Shown: positions 1-9,652 of the stretch, piece by piece
How the letters are laid out: the number at the start of each line of letters is the position of its first letter
Numbering within the stretch: the first letter of the stretch is position 1
DNA from: a bacterium
GTDB lineage: Bacteria > UBA10199 > 2-02-FULL-44-16 > JAAZCA01
Direction of reading: 5' to 3'
NCBI GenBank assembly: GCA_021810905.1
Contig: JAJZQH010000003.1
Coordinates: forward strand, 1,897-65,896
DNA: 64,000 nucleotides
The notes under the pieces: model-generated
What the model saw: the letters and a program-made list of their open reading frames with translations, nothing else
What the model was told of the DNA's origin: nothing
Database searches by the model: none
Translations under genes and position numbers: made by a program

Positions 1-3000
1 AAAAGCAGGCGAAAGAGCGCCGCAAAGAGCACCATAAAGAGGCTCGAATGATTCTCCCGTGCCAGCGCCTTTAGCTTGTGCGCCACATCCTGACTGATGA
101 CAGTTCGATATTGCGCGGTTCTCCTGTCCGCGACGTCTCCTCCCTCACTATCGTGCGGCATCGAGGGGATGAAGAGTTCCGTCTTCTGTAAGGCATCCCT
201 CCAAAAGTCGATTTCAGGCTGTATCAATCTCCTGTCGCTCAGAAATCGGCGGTGCCATTCCGAATAATCACGAAACTGAAGCGAAGGAAGACCTGGCGTA
301 AAGCGCTCGCCGCCGTGTCGAGATCGCAGCATGGCCTCGATTTCGCGCTTCAGATTGTACAAGGACCACCCGTCTCCTATAATATGATTCATCGCGAAGA
401 GGAGATCCGATCCAACATCTCCGTTCTGCACCATGACCGCCCTGAAGAGCGATGGTTCCTCCAAAGCAAAAGCCGCGTCGCCTTCCTTCGCGGCGAGTGC
501 AGCAAACTCCGTCGCTACCTTCTCCCCTCTCTCGTTGGAAAGATCGACCATCCTGAAATGCAGCCGCCCGGTCTCGTGAATCCGCTGAAATACGCAGCCA
601 TCCTCCTCTTCGAACGATGTCCGCAAGCTTTCATGCCTGCGGACGATCAGGCAAAGCAACTCTTGAAGAACATCCGCCTCCACATTGTCGTCGAGATGCA
701 TGGTAAAGACCATGTTCGACGAGGCATCAGCCGGCTCCTCGCGATATCGCCGCCAGATCCTCTTCTGCGCGATGGTAGCATCATAGCGATCACAATCAGA
801 CGCAGGACGGATGATATATCGGCTTGCTCCCTCCCGCCGATTTCTCAACATTTCCGCAAGCGAGGCGATCGTCGGATGAATATAAATCGTCCTGATCCTG
901 AGATCCGCATGGAAGATGCGGTTCACGGCATTCATAACCTGCATCGCCCGCATCGAATGACCGCCGAGATCGAAGAAATCGTCATCTATACCGACTTCCT
1001 CCACACCCAGTTCGCGCTTCCAAATCTCTATCAATTGATTTTCCAATTCATCTTGCGCGCCGCGCCCGCCAGCACGCGGTCTCGTCGCCCCCTCTCGCTC
1101 TCCAGGACGGATCGGCCCTTCACATGTCAGGGCCGCATTCAATTCGCCACACTCGCCGATCCGCAGATCCGGATAATCCAGAATCTCCATGATTATCCGT
1201 TCAAAGGCCGAGACATAAGATCGGACTGTCGCCCCACTGAGTAGATTCGGGGCAAAAGCGAAGGATAAATGCAGTCCGCGCTCAACGTCATGAACGTGCA
1301 ATGCGAGCGGAAATTTCGCCGAGACGAAATCACCTTCTATTTTCTTGAATGAAGCATCCCCTATAAAGAGATGCGTAAAATCATGACTAACCTGACCGAA
1401 CATGACATCAAAGAGCTGCGCATGAGTGGATATTCCGTTCGCGTAAAGCCGGCCGACGAGATATTCAAACTGATACTCAGACCGATCATATCCTTCGAGG
1501 ATCACACCTCGCACACGGCGCATGAACTCACGCCATGTCAGATTCGAGCACATACAAAATCGCAGGGGTAACGTGTTGACGAACAGGCCGACCACTCGAT
1601 CGAACTCCGCGTTTTTACGATCCGTGAAGGGCATGCCGATGGTCACGTCCTTGCCGCCCGCAGCCCTCGAAAGGAGGACCGTCAGCGCCATCATCAATAC
1701 CATGTAGGTCGTCGCAGATTCCTCCTGTGCGAATCGCAGAAGACGCTCCGCGATACCCGAATCGAGATCGAGGGCGATGGACTCTTCTACGCAATCGAAC
1801 GATGAGAGTTGATCCCCCAGGATTGGAAGGGATTTTGTCTTCTCAATATCGCGGCATCGTTCTGACCAATATGCCTCATGCGCGTGTTTTACCGTGCTCT
1901 CGCGCAACCGCTGATGTTCCGAAAAATCTCTATATTGAAATACAGTCTCTGGGAGGATCTTTCCTCGATAGAGCGCATCCAGATCGTGAAAAAGGACGTG
2001 AGCGGACCGATCATCGAAGATGATATGATGCACGTCCATCGCGAGCACCTTCCTCCCGTCATCATATTCGACCAGGGCAAACCTCAAAAGAGGTGCCCTT
2101 TCCAGGCAAAAGGGACGGACGAACCGTTGCAGGGCACGCGTTTCACCATCGATTCGGTCGATTCGAAATGGAACAGATCGATGAATCCGCTGAAGCATGT
2201 TCCCATGCGCCACCTCGAAGGATGTCCTCAACGACTCATGGCGTTCGATCAGCGCCAGCACCGATGATTCGAGTTTCGGTACGTCGATATCGCCCAATAT
2301 CTCGTAAAAGAGAGGGATGTTATATGCGGTACTCTCCGGATGAAGTTGCTGCAGCAGGTAGAATCGGCGCTGAGACGATGACATTTCATAGCTATCGCGG
2401 GACTCGGTTCGATTGATTTCCGAAGTTGTCAAGACGCCATCGGCCGGAATTTTTCGAGCTAATTCCGCAATGCACGGATGTTCGAAGATATCGCCTATGG
2501 AAATCTCGGCGCCGAATTCGTTTCTGACGCGATCAACGATGCGAAGCGCGATCAAGGAATGCCCTCCGAGGTCGAAAAAATCATCGCGGACTCCCGCGCA
2601 TTCCATGCCGAGCTCTTGTCGCCAGATATCCGCCAGACGCAACTCAACGTCACTGCGCGGGGCCTCATATTCGTCATGAAATTCGGAGACCGCTTCCGAA
2701 AGCGCCGCACGATCCACTTTCCCGTGGATCGTGCGCGGTAACCGCGCCAATGACACAAATCTAGAGGGAACCATATAGCGCGGCAACATCTCCAGCATAT
2801 GTCGCCTAAGCTGCGTAACCCTATTATCTCCGTCAAAGACGACATAGGCCGACAGCGTTTTTTCGTCATGGACCGTTTGATTCACGACAACGACGTTTTC
2901 CTTTACCCCGCGATATGCAGCGATGCACTTCTCCACCTCTCCAAGTTCGATTCTATAACCACGCACCTTTACCTGATCATCGCGGCGGCCTATAAAATCG

Positions 3001-4181
3001 ATATCGCCCTCGGGAAGCATTCGCGCAAAATCGCCCGACCGATACATCCGCTCTCCGGGAACGAAAGGATCCGCGGAAAAGCGTTCCGCCGTCAGCCGCT
3101 CGTCATGGAGATATCCGCGTGATACCGCCGCGCCTGCAATATGGATCTCGCCCACTTGTCCGTCGGAAACTCGGAGTCCATCGTCGCCCATGAGATAGAT
3201 GCGCGTATTCGCAACAGGCTTCCCGACGGGGACATTCTCTCCGGGTTTGGGGCCGGTACGATAGCGATACGTCGTAGCGCAGATCGTCGTCTCAGTCGGA
3301 CCGTATGCATTGATGACGATCATTCGCTCATGCATGTCCTGATATCTTTTGAGGACTTCATCCCGGATCGGCTCGACGCCGACGAGAAGTTTTCGAAGTC
3401 GCAGCGTATCACGGGATCCGCTCAGAATCCTCGATACGTCGTCTATAAATCCAGGCGGAATGTACGCAAAAGTGACACCCTTCTCCCGAATCACATGGGT
3501 AAACTCCTCAACATCGTAGCATTGATCGTTCTTGAGCAGGATCAAACGCGATCCATGAAAAAGCGGGAGAAATATTTCGGCAACGCTCACGTCAAACGAG
3601 ATGCTGGCGCCGGCGAGAAAGACATCCGTTTCATCCAGGCGTCCTTCATAGACATCAGCCATGTGATGAATGAAGTTGGCGAGCTGGGCATGCTCGACCA
3701 TCACGCCCTTAGGCTTTCCCGTGGAACCGGACGTATATATGACATAAGCCAAATCGGACGGATCGGGCTGTACCTCCGGTTCCTCGATATCTCCCCGGAG
3801 GAAGAGGGAATCGTCCAGATCGATCACACGATATTCGTCGCTCCATTTCCACAAACTGCAGCTGCCGGACGTCATCACCACGCTCGATCCGCTCTCCTCC
3901 AGAATGCACTCGATACGCTTTCGCGGATTGGCGGAATCGAGCGGCAGATAGGCACCACCCGCCTTCAGGGCGGAAACCATGCCCACGATCATTTCGATCG
4001 ACCGATCGGCGACGATCCCTACGATTACATCGCGCCCGACGCCAAGCCCGCGGAGCCGATTAGCGATACGGCCCGCCCTCTTGTTCAACTCTCCATAGGT
4101 AATCCCTCGATCGCCGCACTCCACCGCTACGGCCTCGGGCCGCATCCTGCCCCACCTGCCGATAGCTTCAAACACCATCAT
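1..4181 (-). CDS. Non-ribosomal peptide synthetase, multi-module (A-T-C-T-C...), 3' end beyond window start (partial)
   Basis: Manual reverse-complement translation, in codon phase with the + shadow ORFs 252..1244 and 3141..4451. Gives canonical motifs: A3 core LAYVIYTSGSTGKPKG (revcomp of ~3719-3763), NAYGPTET, GERMYRSGDFARMLPEGDIDFIGRRDDQVKVRGYRIELGEVE (~2930-3050), LPRTIHGKVDRAAL (~2700). Two PCP motifs DDFFDLGGHS (Ser codons ~2550 and ~952). Two C-domain His motifs MDVHHIIFDD (~2000-2030) and MNHIIGDGWS (~370-395). No in-phase TTA/CTA/TCA codons seen on + strand between 3 and 4214, so the - frame is open to position 1. Absent from ORF track because its stop lies outside the window. ATGATG start at 4181 overlaps the agmatinase stop (ATGA). 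Confidence 0.8.
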   Translation of the reverse strand, partial: MMVFEAIGRWGRMRPEAVAVECGDRGITYGELNKRAGRIANRLRGLGVGRDVIVGIVADRSIEMIVGMVSALKAGGAYLPLDSANPRKRIECILEESGSSVVMTSGSCSLWKWSDEYRVIDLDDSLFLRGDIEEPEVQPDPSDLAYVIYTSGSTGKPKGVMVEHAQLANFIHHMADVYEGRLDETDVFLAGASISFDVSVAEIFLPLFHGSRLILLKNDQCYDVEEFTHVIREKGVTFAYIPPGFIDDVSRILSGSRDTLRLRKLLVGVEPIRDEVLKRYQDMHERMIVINAYGPTETTICATTYRYRTGPKPGENVPVGKPVANTRIYLMGDDGLRVSDGQVGEIHIAGAAVSRGYLHDERLTAERFSADPFVPGERMYRSGDFARMLPEGDIDFIGRRDDQVKVRGYRIELGEVEKCIAAYRGVKENVVVVNQTVHDEKTLSAYVVFDGDNRVTQLRRHMLEMLPRYMVPSRFVSLARLPRTIHGKVDRAALSEAVSEFHDEYEAPRSDVELRLADIWRQELGMECAGVRDDFFDLGGHSLIALRIVDRVRNEFGAEISIGDIFEHPCIAELARKIPADGVLTTSEINRTESRDSYEMSSSQRRFYLLQQLHPESTAYNIPLFYEILGDIDVPKLESSVLALIERHESLRTSFEVAHGNMLQRIHRSVPFRIDRIDGETRALQRFVRPFCLERAPLLRFALVEYDDGRKVLAMDVHHIIFDDRSAHVLFHDLDALYRGKILPETVFQYRDFSEHQRLRESTVKHAHEAYWSERCRDIEKTKSLPILGDQLSSFDCVEESIALDLDSGIAERLLRFAQEESATTYMVLMMALTVLLSRAAGGKDVTIGMPFTDRKNAEFDRVVGLFVNTLPLRFCMCSNLTWREFMRRVRGVILEGYDRSEYQFEYLVGRLYANGISTHAQLFDVMFGQVSHDFTHLFIGDASFKKIEGDFVSAKFPLALHVHDVERGLHLSFAFAPNLLSGATVRSYVSAFERIIMEILDYPDLRIGECGELNAALTCEGPIRPGEREGATRPRAGGRGAQDELENQLIEIWKRELGVEEVGIDDDFFDLGGHSMRAMQVMNAVNRIFHADLRIRTIYIHPTIASLAEMLRNRREGASRYIIRPASDCDRYDATIAQKRIWRRYREEPADASSNMVFTMHLDDNVEADVLQELLCLIVRRHESLRTSFEEEDGCVFQRIHETGRLHFRMVDLSNERGEKVATEFAALAAKEGDAAFALEEPSLFRAVMVQNGDVGSDLLFAMNHIIGDGWSLYNLKREIEAMLRSRHGGERFTPGLPSLQFRDYSEWHRRFLSDRRLIQPEIDFWRDALQKTELFIPSMPHDSEGGDVADRRTAQYRTVISQDVAHKLKALARENHSSLFMVLFAALFRLL

Positions 4182-5113
4182 AATGCGCCGCCCTTCGTGA
4201 CAGAAGTCTTCCCCTCACGATGCACGTTTGCAAAGATTTCGCCGATGATACCGAGGACTGAAGCGATGGTGATGTTGGAGACATCCAACGATGGGGCGAA
4301 TTCCACGATATCGAAGGCGCGCACTGAAATCGGAAGCGACTCGATCATCTTGAGGAGCACGCTTACCGGGATTCCGGCGGCCACGGGCGTTCCCGTTCCC
4401 GGAGCACAGGATGGATCGAGCACATCCACGTCGACCGACACATACAGATGATCGACACGGCGGGAGATATCTTCAACGCCTCGTCGAAATCGCTCCAGCG
4501 CACCAGTATCGAAGAGAAGTTCGTCTGAGGGCAGCTCGTGAATGCCCGTCCGCTTGATATACGGCATCTCCTCCTGTTCATACGCGCGCGTTCCCACCAG
4601 GAGGCAGTCGGTCGGCCTGATCTCCGTCGTTTCAATCGCGCGACGCAGCGCCGATCCATGTGAGAAAGAAAAACCATGATACGTATCGAGTAGATCGGGA
4701 TGCGCGTCGAACCAGATAACACCCGTCCTCCCTCGCTTCGCCACAGCCTTGAGGATAGGATGGGTAACGGAGTGATCGCCCCCTATGGACACAAGCGTTG
4801 AATCCGTCCCGTCAAGGACGGCGGAACAGCTGCATTCTATGGCGTCGAATGTCTTCATCGCATCGAAGGTGGAAACGTCAACATCTCCAATGTCGAGGAT
4901 CCGTATTGACGACAGGTCATCGCCGCGACGGGATGTCGATTTCAACCTCCCAGTCATGGATCGCACTCGCCCGGGCGCAAAAGCGGCGCCACGCTGGCCG
5001 CCGGCTCCTCCGTCGAATGGTATCCCGAGGATGAGCACGTCGGCATCGCCAGGGGAATTCGCTTTTGTCCCCACTCCGTTCCATGCGCCATATCCTTCGG
5101 ATTTTAAAAACAT
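4178..5113 (-). CDS. Agmatinase/arginase-family ureohydrolase
   Basis: ORF 4178..5206 trimmed to ATG at 5113 preceded by GGAGGAATGTT. Ureohydrolase motifs SIGGDHSVTHP, WFDAHPDLL, VSVDVDVLDPSCAPGTGTP. Confidence 0.85.
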   Translation of the reverse strand: MFLKSEGYGAWNGVGTKANSPGDADVLILGIPFDGGAGGQRGAAFAPGRVRSMTGRLKSTSRRGDDLSSIRILDIGDVDVSTFDAMKTFDAIECSCSAVLDGTDSTLVSIGGDHSVTHPILKAVAKRGRTGVIWFDAHPDLLDTYHGFSFSHGSALRRAIETTEIRPTDCLLVGTRAYEQEEMPYIKRTGIHELPSDELLFDTGALERFRRGVEDISRRVDHLYVSVDVDVLDPSCAPGTGTPVAAGIPVSVLLKMIESLPISVRAFDIVEFAPSLDVSNITIASVLGIIGEIFANVHREGKTSVTKGGAL

Positions 5114-5238
5114 AACATTCCTCCTATTCGAGAGCCCGTAACCCCGGACATTGCATGCAGGTCGAGTGTCCCAAAAAACAGCCCCGACAAAACGCTGGCT
5201 GGTCATGCATCATCCATGGGCACACAGTGATATTGCGC

Positions 5239-5823
5239 CTAGGGAATCGGCACAACGTTGAACTGGAACTGGGTCCCATCGACGATCTTCCGTTCAATGC
5301 TGTCAAGATCGCTCACGACTGCACAATAAGACGCCAGCCAATCAAGCGCCCTCTGTTTGTCGCTGTCACGGGTGGAGACCACTCCGTCGGACGGTACGAT
5401 CACATGATAGCCCCGGAAATAAGCATCCGCCGCCGTCGTTTGCACACATATCTGCGTCTGCATACCTGTGATGACGATGGTATCGACACCCAGCACCTTA
5501 AGACGTTCGTCGAGTTTCGTCTCGAAGAACCCGCTATCCTTATTCTTCTCAACGATGATATCACGATCATCGAGGTAGTCCTGTGCTATCATTGCGCCCT
5601 TTGTACCGCGCAGGACGGGCAACACGCCGTTATGAAGCTCCGCGTGGTTGTCGTCCTCGTCATAGATCAGCTGAAGATGGACGATTGGAATATTCATCTC
5701 GCGCATTTTTTTGAGAAAGCGGATCATCGAAGGAGCGAATCGCTCGACCTGCTTGCGGCGCTCTTCATTCTTGTTAATGAGGTCATACTGCAGATCGTTG
5801 GTTAAAATTGCATATCGCGCCAT
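5239..5823 (-). CDS. Isochorismatase-family (cysteine) hydrolase
   Basis: ORF 5239..5895 trimmed to MARYAILTND start (ATG 5823, GGGGAG SD 7 nt upstream). Catalytic-Cys region VITGMQTQICVQTTA typical of the isochorismatase family. Confidence 0.75.
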   Translation of the reverse strand: MARYAILTNDLQYDLINKNEERRKQVERFAPSMIRFLKKMREMNIPIVHLQLIYDEDDNHAELHNGVLPVLRGTKGAMIAQDYLDDRDIIVEKNKDSGFFETKLDERLKVLGVDTIVITGMQTQICVQTTAADAYFRGYHVIVPSDGVVSTRDSDKQRALDWLASYCAVVSDLDSIERKIVDGTQFQFNVVPIP

Positions 5824-5878
5824 TTTGGACTCCCCTAAATATTGAACAACAAATTCGTGCACAATAGCTTCCATTCGC

Positions 5879-7294
5879 TCAGATGGACCGACCAATATTC
5901 CTCTTCATCATTGTTGAAAATCGCGAAAGTCCATCCTTCCAGATTTCGAAAATCTCCTGCTCGTCGAGATATTCTGTTCTGGTCACGGATGGCTGATCTT
6001 CTCGCCAGCTGTCAAAGTTTTCGCCAATAATCGTCAAATGATAGCGTTCGAAATTATGGTAGAGGTCGGTCCCCGGATAAGGCGTCGTGATATAGTACTC
6101 CACGATATCCGCGAGCCCCTCTTCGAGCAGCTTTTCGGCATAGGCGATCGTCCGGTAGGCGGTATCCCTCGATTCGCCAGGCAGCCCAACCATCCAGTAA
6201 AGGAGGACATTCAGCCCGGCATCCTTGGCCATTTTACAGGATGCTCTGATCTGCTCGACTCGAATTCCCTTCCGGATGAGATCGAGTAATTCCTGGTTCG
6301 CACTCTCCGCGCCGTACTTGATGAGCCGGCAATTGCCCTCATGCATCTTTCGGAGGATTCGGGGGGTCACAAGATCGCAACGCGTCTGAGCGATCCATCG
6401 AAAACCCCGGTTCCGCATCTCCATTCCAAACTCCTCCACATAGGAGGGATTCGTCGTGAATGATTCATCGCCGACATAAAGCAGATCTATGTCAAAATAT
6501 TTTCGTAGAAGTTCCGCCTGCGTTACGGTTCGCTCCATACTCTGATACAACGGTTTTCTCCCCTTCCAGATCGTGTCCGCACAATACGCACAGTTATAGG
6601 TACAGCCCCTCGACGTATAGATCCGGGCGAAAGGAATCTGACCGCGATAGATGTCGTTCGGTATGAGATGATATGCCGGCATAGGGAGACGATCGGATAT
6701 GATCGCTTCCTTGCTGAATGGATTTACATTGATCTCACCATCACGTTTCCACGAGATTCCCGGGATACCTCTAAGATCTCCGCCATCATGGAGGCACCGT
6801 AATAGATCTGGCAGGATGAATTCGCCCTCCCCTCTCACAACGATATCGATATCCTCCTCTTCCAGGCATGAGCGATCCGTATAGGACACATGTGGTCCGC
6901 CAAGAACAACGAAGACATCTCGGCCCAGCACTTTTTTGACCAATCGGGAAACGCGAACGGCAACGCTGAAACTATTGGTAAAAGGCGACATGCCAACCAC
7001 ACGAGATGTGACCTGGCTGAGTTCCCTCGCAATGGCATCATAGTCGATGTCGCATCCGGAATAAGATGTGAGATCCAGGACATCTGCGGTCAAGCCTTCG
7101 TGCTCAAGGGTTCCCCCCAACGCGGCAATCCAAAGCGGGAGCTCCTTGATGTCGTAGATCGGGGCTTTTACGAATTTTCCACCGATTCTCCGTTCAAAGA
7201 AATCCCAGTAGACATCATAAAACGCGCTCTCCTCTTTATGAATGAACGGTTTCGCGATCAGCGGAAGCTGGATAAACGTAAAATCACTGTTCAT
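5879..7294 (-). CDS. B12-binding-domain radical SAM protein (class B rSAM, putative methyltransferase)
   Basis: 471 aa. CxxxCxxC cluster motif in YTSRGCTYNCAYCAD about 230 aa in, preceded by an N-terminal Rossmann-like (cobalamin-binding type) domain. ATG at 7294 overlaps hypF stop (ATGA). Confidence 0.8.
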   Translation of the reverse strand: MNSDFTFIQLPLIAKPFIHKEESAFYDVYWDFFERRIGGKFVKAPIYDIKELPLWIAALGGTLEHEGLTADVLDLTSYSGCDIDYDAIARELSQVTSRVVGMSPFTNSFSVAVRVSRLVKKVLGRDVFVVLGGPHVSYTDRSCLEEEDIDIVVRGEGEFILPDLLRCLHDGGDLRGIPGISWKRDGEINVNPFSKEAIISDRLPMPAYHLIPNDIYRGQIPFARIYTSRGCTYNCAYCADTIWKGRKPLYQSMERTVTQAELLRKYFDIDLLYVGDESFTTNPSYVEEFGMEMRNRGFRWIAQTRCDLVTPRILRKMHEGNCRLIKYGAESANQELLDLIRKGIRVEQIRASCKMAKDAGLNVLLYWMVGLPGESRDTAYRTIAYAEKLLEEGLADIVEYYITTPYPGTDLYHNFERYHLTIIGENFDSWREDQPSVTRTEYLDEQEIFEIWKDGLSRFSTMMKRNIGRSI

Positions 7295-9630
7295 GATATT
7301 TCCTCGTCTCCAATCGATGAGCGGCCAAACTGGAGACCCGCGATGATCGCCTGTCCAAGCGACACACCGCCGTCATTGCTCGGAACCCTCGAATGCCTAT
7401 AAACGGAGAACCCGTCGTGCGTGAGAGAGCGGTAACAATGCGAGAGAAGAAATTCATTCATGAAGACACCGCCGCTCAAGACGACCTTCGCAAGCCCATG
7501 CGTGAGCCGGATGCGATGACAAACGTCTCTGACAATATCTACGATCGTTTGATGAAAACGACGGCTGATAACGCCAAGCGAGATGCCACCTCGCACGAGG
7601 AGATCCACGATCTCACGAATCATCGGCCGCATATCAATCATCCCAGAGGATGTTGATTCCATGAAGTCATAAGAGAACGATGTAAATTCATCCTCTCCGT
7701 CCGCCATGATGTATTCGAGTGCCATGGCCGCATGCCCTTCATGGGAAATTGACTCGATCACGCCGATAAGCGCGGAAACAGCATCAAACAAGCGGCCCAT
7801 GCTCGACGTTTGTGGAGAATTGATCCCTTGTTTCGCCATACGCAGAAGGAGATCCAGTTCGTCGCCCTGTCGTTCTCGGATAATCGGCAGGGGGAGTTCA
7901 CGAAGCACGTGCTCATCGTAGATCTGTGAAAGAATACCTATCGCCGTTCTATAGGGATGCTGCACAGCTTTATCTCCACCCGGAAGCGGAAAAGGCCGCA
8001 GGCAGGCAAAACGCTGAAATTGTTCATAACCTCCGACAAGGAACTCACCGCCCCAGATGCTGCCATCGGCGCCGTATCCGGCTCCATCGAAGATGACGCC
8101 GATCACGTCCTCATCCAGGCCATGCTCGCACATACATGAAGCCATATGGGCATGATGATGTTGAACCCTGACCACAGGAAGATGTTCCATTTCCTCGGCA
8201 TAGGCGCTCGTCAGAAAATCCGGATGGAGATCGCATGCTACAAGCTCAGGCGCAATATCATAGCTCGCCCTGATATGATCGATGATCTCACGGAGGAACC
8301 GGTAGATATATTGATTATTGATATTTCCTATATGTTGACTGACGAACATCCTCCTGTCCTTTGTCAGGCATATCGTGTTCTTCAGATCTGCACCGAGCGC
8401 CAACACGGAAGGAAGGGTACGATGGCACATGATCGGATGGGGGGCATATCCGCGCGCTCGGCGGAGTATCTCAACATGATGGCCATCCCCATTCGAGCCC
8501 ATACATCTGACGATCGAATCGTCGATTCTGATATGGATATTGCGGTCATGCGAAAGAAAAAAATCTGCGACGTCTTCGAGCTTCGTCAAGGCATCGTCGT
8601 CATCGCTGATGATCGGCTCATCAACCGCATTGCCGCTTGTGGCCACAAGTGCCGGAAAATGACCCCGGAGCAAGAGATAATGAAGGGGTGTGGAAGCAAG
8701 CATGACTCCGTAGCGACGGTTATCCGGGGCTACAGCCTGGCAAATGAGATCGTTCTTCTTCTTTCGGAGCAAAACGATGGGACGTTGTGGGGAAGCAAGC
8801 AACTGCCGTTCATCCTCCGAAACATGCGCAAAACAACGTACCTTGTCGATTTCGTCGGACATCATCGCAAAAGGCTTGAGGCTGCGCCGCTTCCTCCTGC
8901 GCAACTCGTTGACGGCGTCTTCCTGCGACGGATCAACCATTAAATGATAGCCGCCTAGCCCCTTGACGGCGATAATTAACCCTTGCCGCAGAAAATTCAC
9001 GGTTTCAAGGATGGGATCGCGGGTATCTACCGGCTCGCCATCTCGCCGCTTGAGAAAGAGCTGCGGTCCGCACTTCCAGCACGCATTGGGCTCTGCGTGA
9101 AATCGTCGATCCGACATATCCTCATATTCATCCATGCATTCCTCGCACATCCGGAACACATGCATCGTCGTATTGCACCGATCGTAGGGAATGTCCTTGA
9201 TGATGGAGTATCGAGGCCCACAATTCGTGCAGTTGATGAAAGGGTAACGATGCCGCCGGTCGGCGGGGTCGAAGAGTTCAGACAAACACTCGGAACAGAT
9301 GCTGGCGTCGGGAGAGATGAGTGTTTCGCGTGAGGCATCTTGCCTGCTCTCCAGGATGCGAAACTCCTTATGGAGGCCAGTCGCCTTTTCGACTGAGATG
9401 AGCTTGATCTCATCAACGACGGCCATGGACGGCGCATCGAATTTGAGCTCCTGAATGAATTTCGCGCTTTCCTCCTGCGGCCCTTCAATTTCGACAACCA
9501 CGCCCCGTGAATTGTTGAGGACCCATCCGCGAAGATCGTATTTCTTGGCGACGCGATAGACAAAGGGCCTGAATCCTACTCCCTGTACGATCCCGCTGAT
9601 CAGATATCGGCGCACTTCAAACATGGCCAT
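7291..9630 (-). CDS. hypF: Carbamoyltransferase HypF (acylphosphatase + two Zn fingers + YrdC + Kae1-like domains)
   Basis: 779 aa. N-terminal acylphosphatase motif VQGVGFRPFVYRVA. Two CxxC-x18-CxxC zinc fingers (CSECL...CTNCGPRYS and CEECMDE...CWKCGPQL). YrdC-like and Kae1/HypF C-terminal regions. GGAGG SD upstream of ATG 9630. Confidence 0.85.
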   Translation of the reverse strand: MAMFEVRRYLISGIVQGVGFRPFVYRVAKKYDLRGWVLNNSRGVVVEIEGPQEESAKFIQELKFDAPSMAVVDEIKLISVEKATGLHKEFRILESRQDASRETLISPDASICSECLSELFDPADRRHRYPFINCTNCGPRYSIIKDIPYDRCNTTMHVFRMCEECMDEYEDMSDRRFHAEPNACWKCGPQLFLKRRDGEPVDTRDPILETVNFLRQGLIIAVKGLGGYHLMVDPSQEDAVNELRRRKRRSLKPFAMMSDEIDKVRCFAHVSEDERQLLASPQRPIVLLRKKKNDLICQAVAPDNRRYGVMLASTPLHYLLLRGHFPALVATSGNAVDEPIISDDDDALTKLEDVADFFLSHDRNIHIRIDDSIVRCMGSNGDGHHVEILRRARGYAPHPIMCHRTLPSVLALGADLKNTICLTKDRRMFVSQHIGNINNQYIYRFLREIIDHIRASYDIAPELVACDLHPDFLTSAYAEEMEHLPVVRVQHHHAHMASCMCEHGLDEDVIGVIFDGAGYGADGSIWGGEFLVGGYEQFQRFACLRPFPLPGGDKAVQHPYRTAIGILSQIYDEHVLRELPLPIIRERQGDELDLLLRMAKQGINSPQTSSMGRLFDAVSALIGVIESISHEGHAAMALEYIMADGEDEFTSFSYDFMESTSSGMIDMRPMIREIVDLLVRGGISLGVISRRFHQTIVDIVRDVCHRIRLTHGLAKVVLSGGVFMNEFLLSHCYRSLTHDGFSVYRHSRVPSNDGGVSLGQAIIAGLQFGRSSIGDEEIS

Positions 9631-9652
9631 TTGCGCCTCCGCAATAACGTAT

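Noticed and set aside
252-4451. Long + strand ORFs (252..1244, 1878..2267, 2478..2741, 2799..3122, 3141..4451)
   Set aside because: R/S/P-rich low-complexity translations in exact codon phase with the reverse-strand NRPS. They are antisense shadow ORFs of a GC-rich gene.
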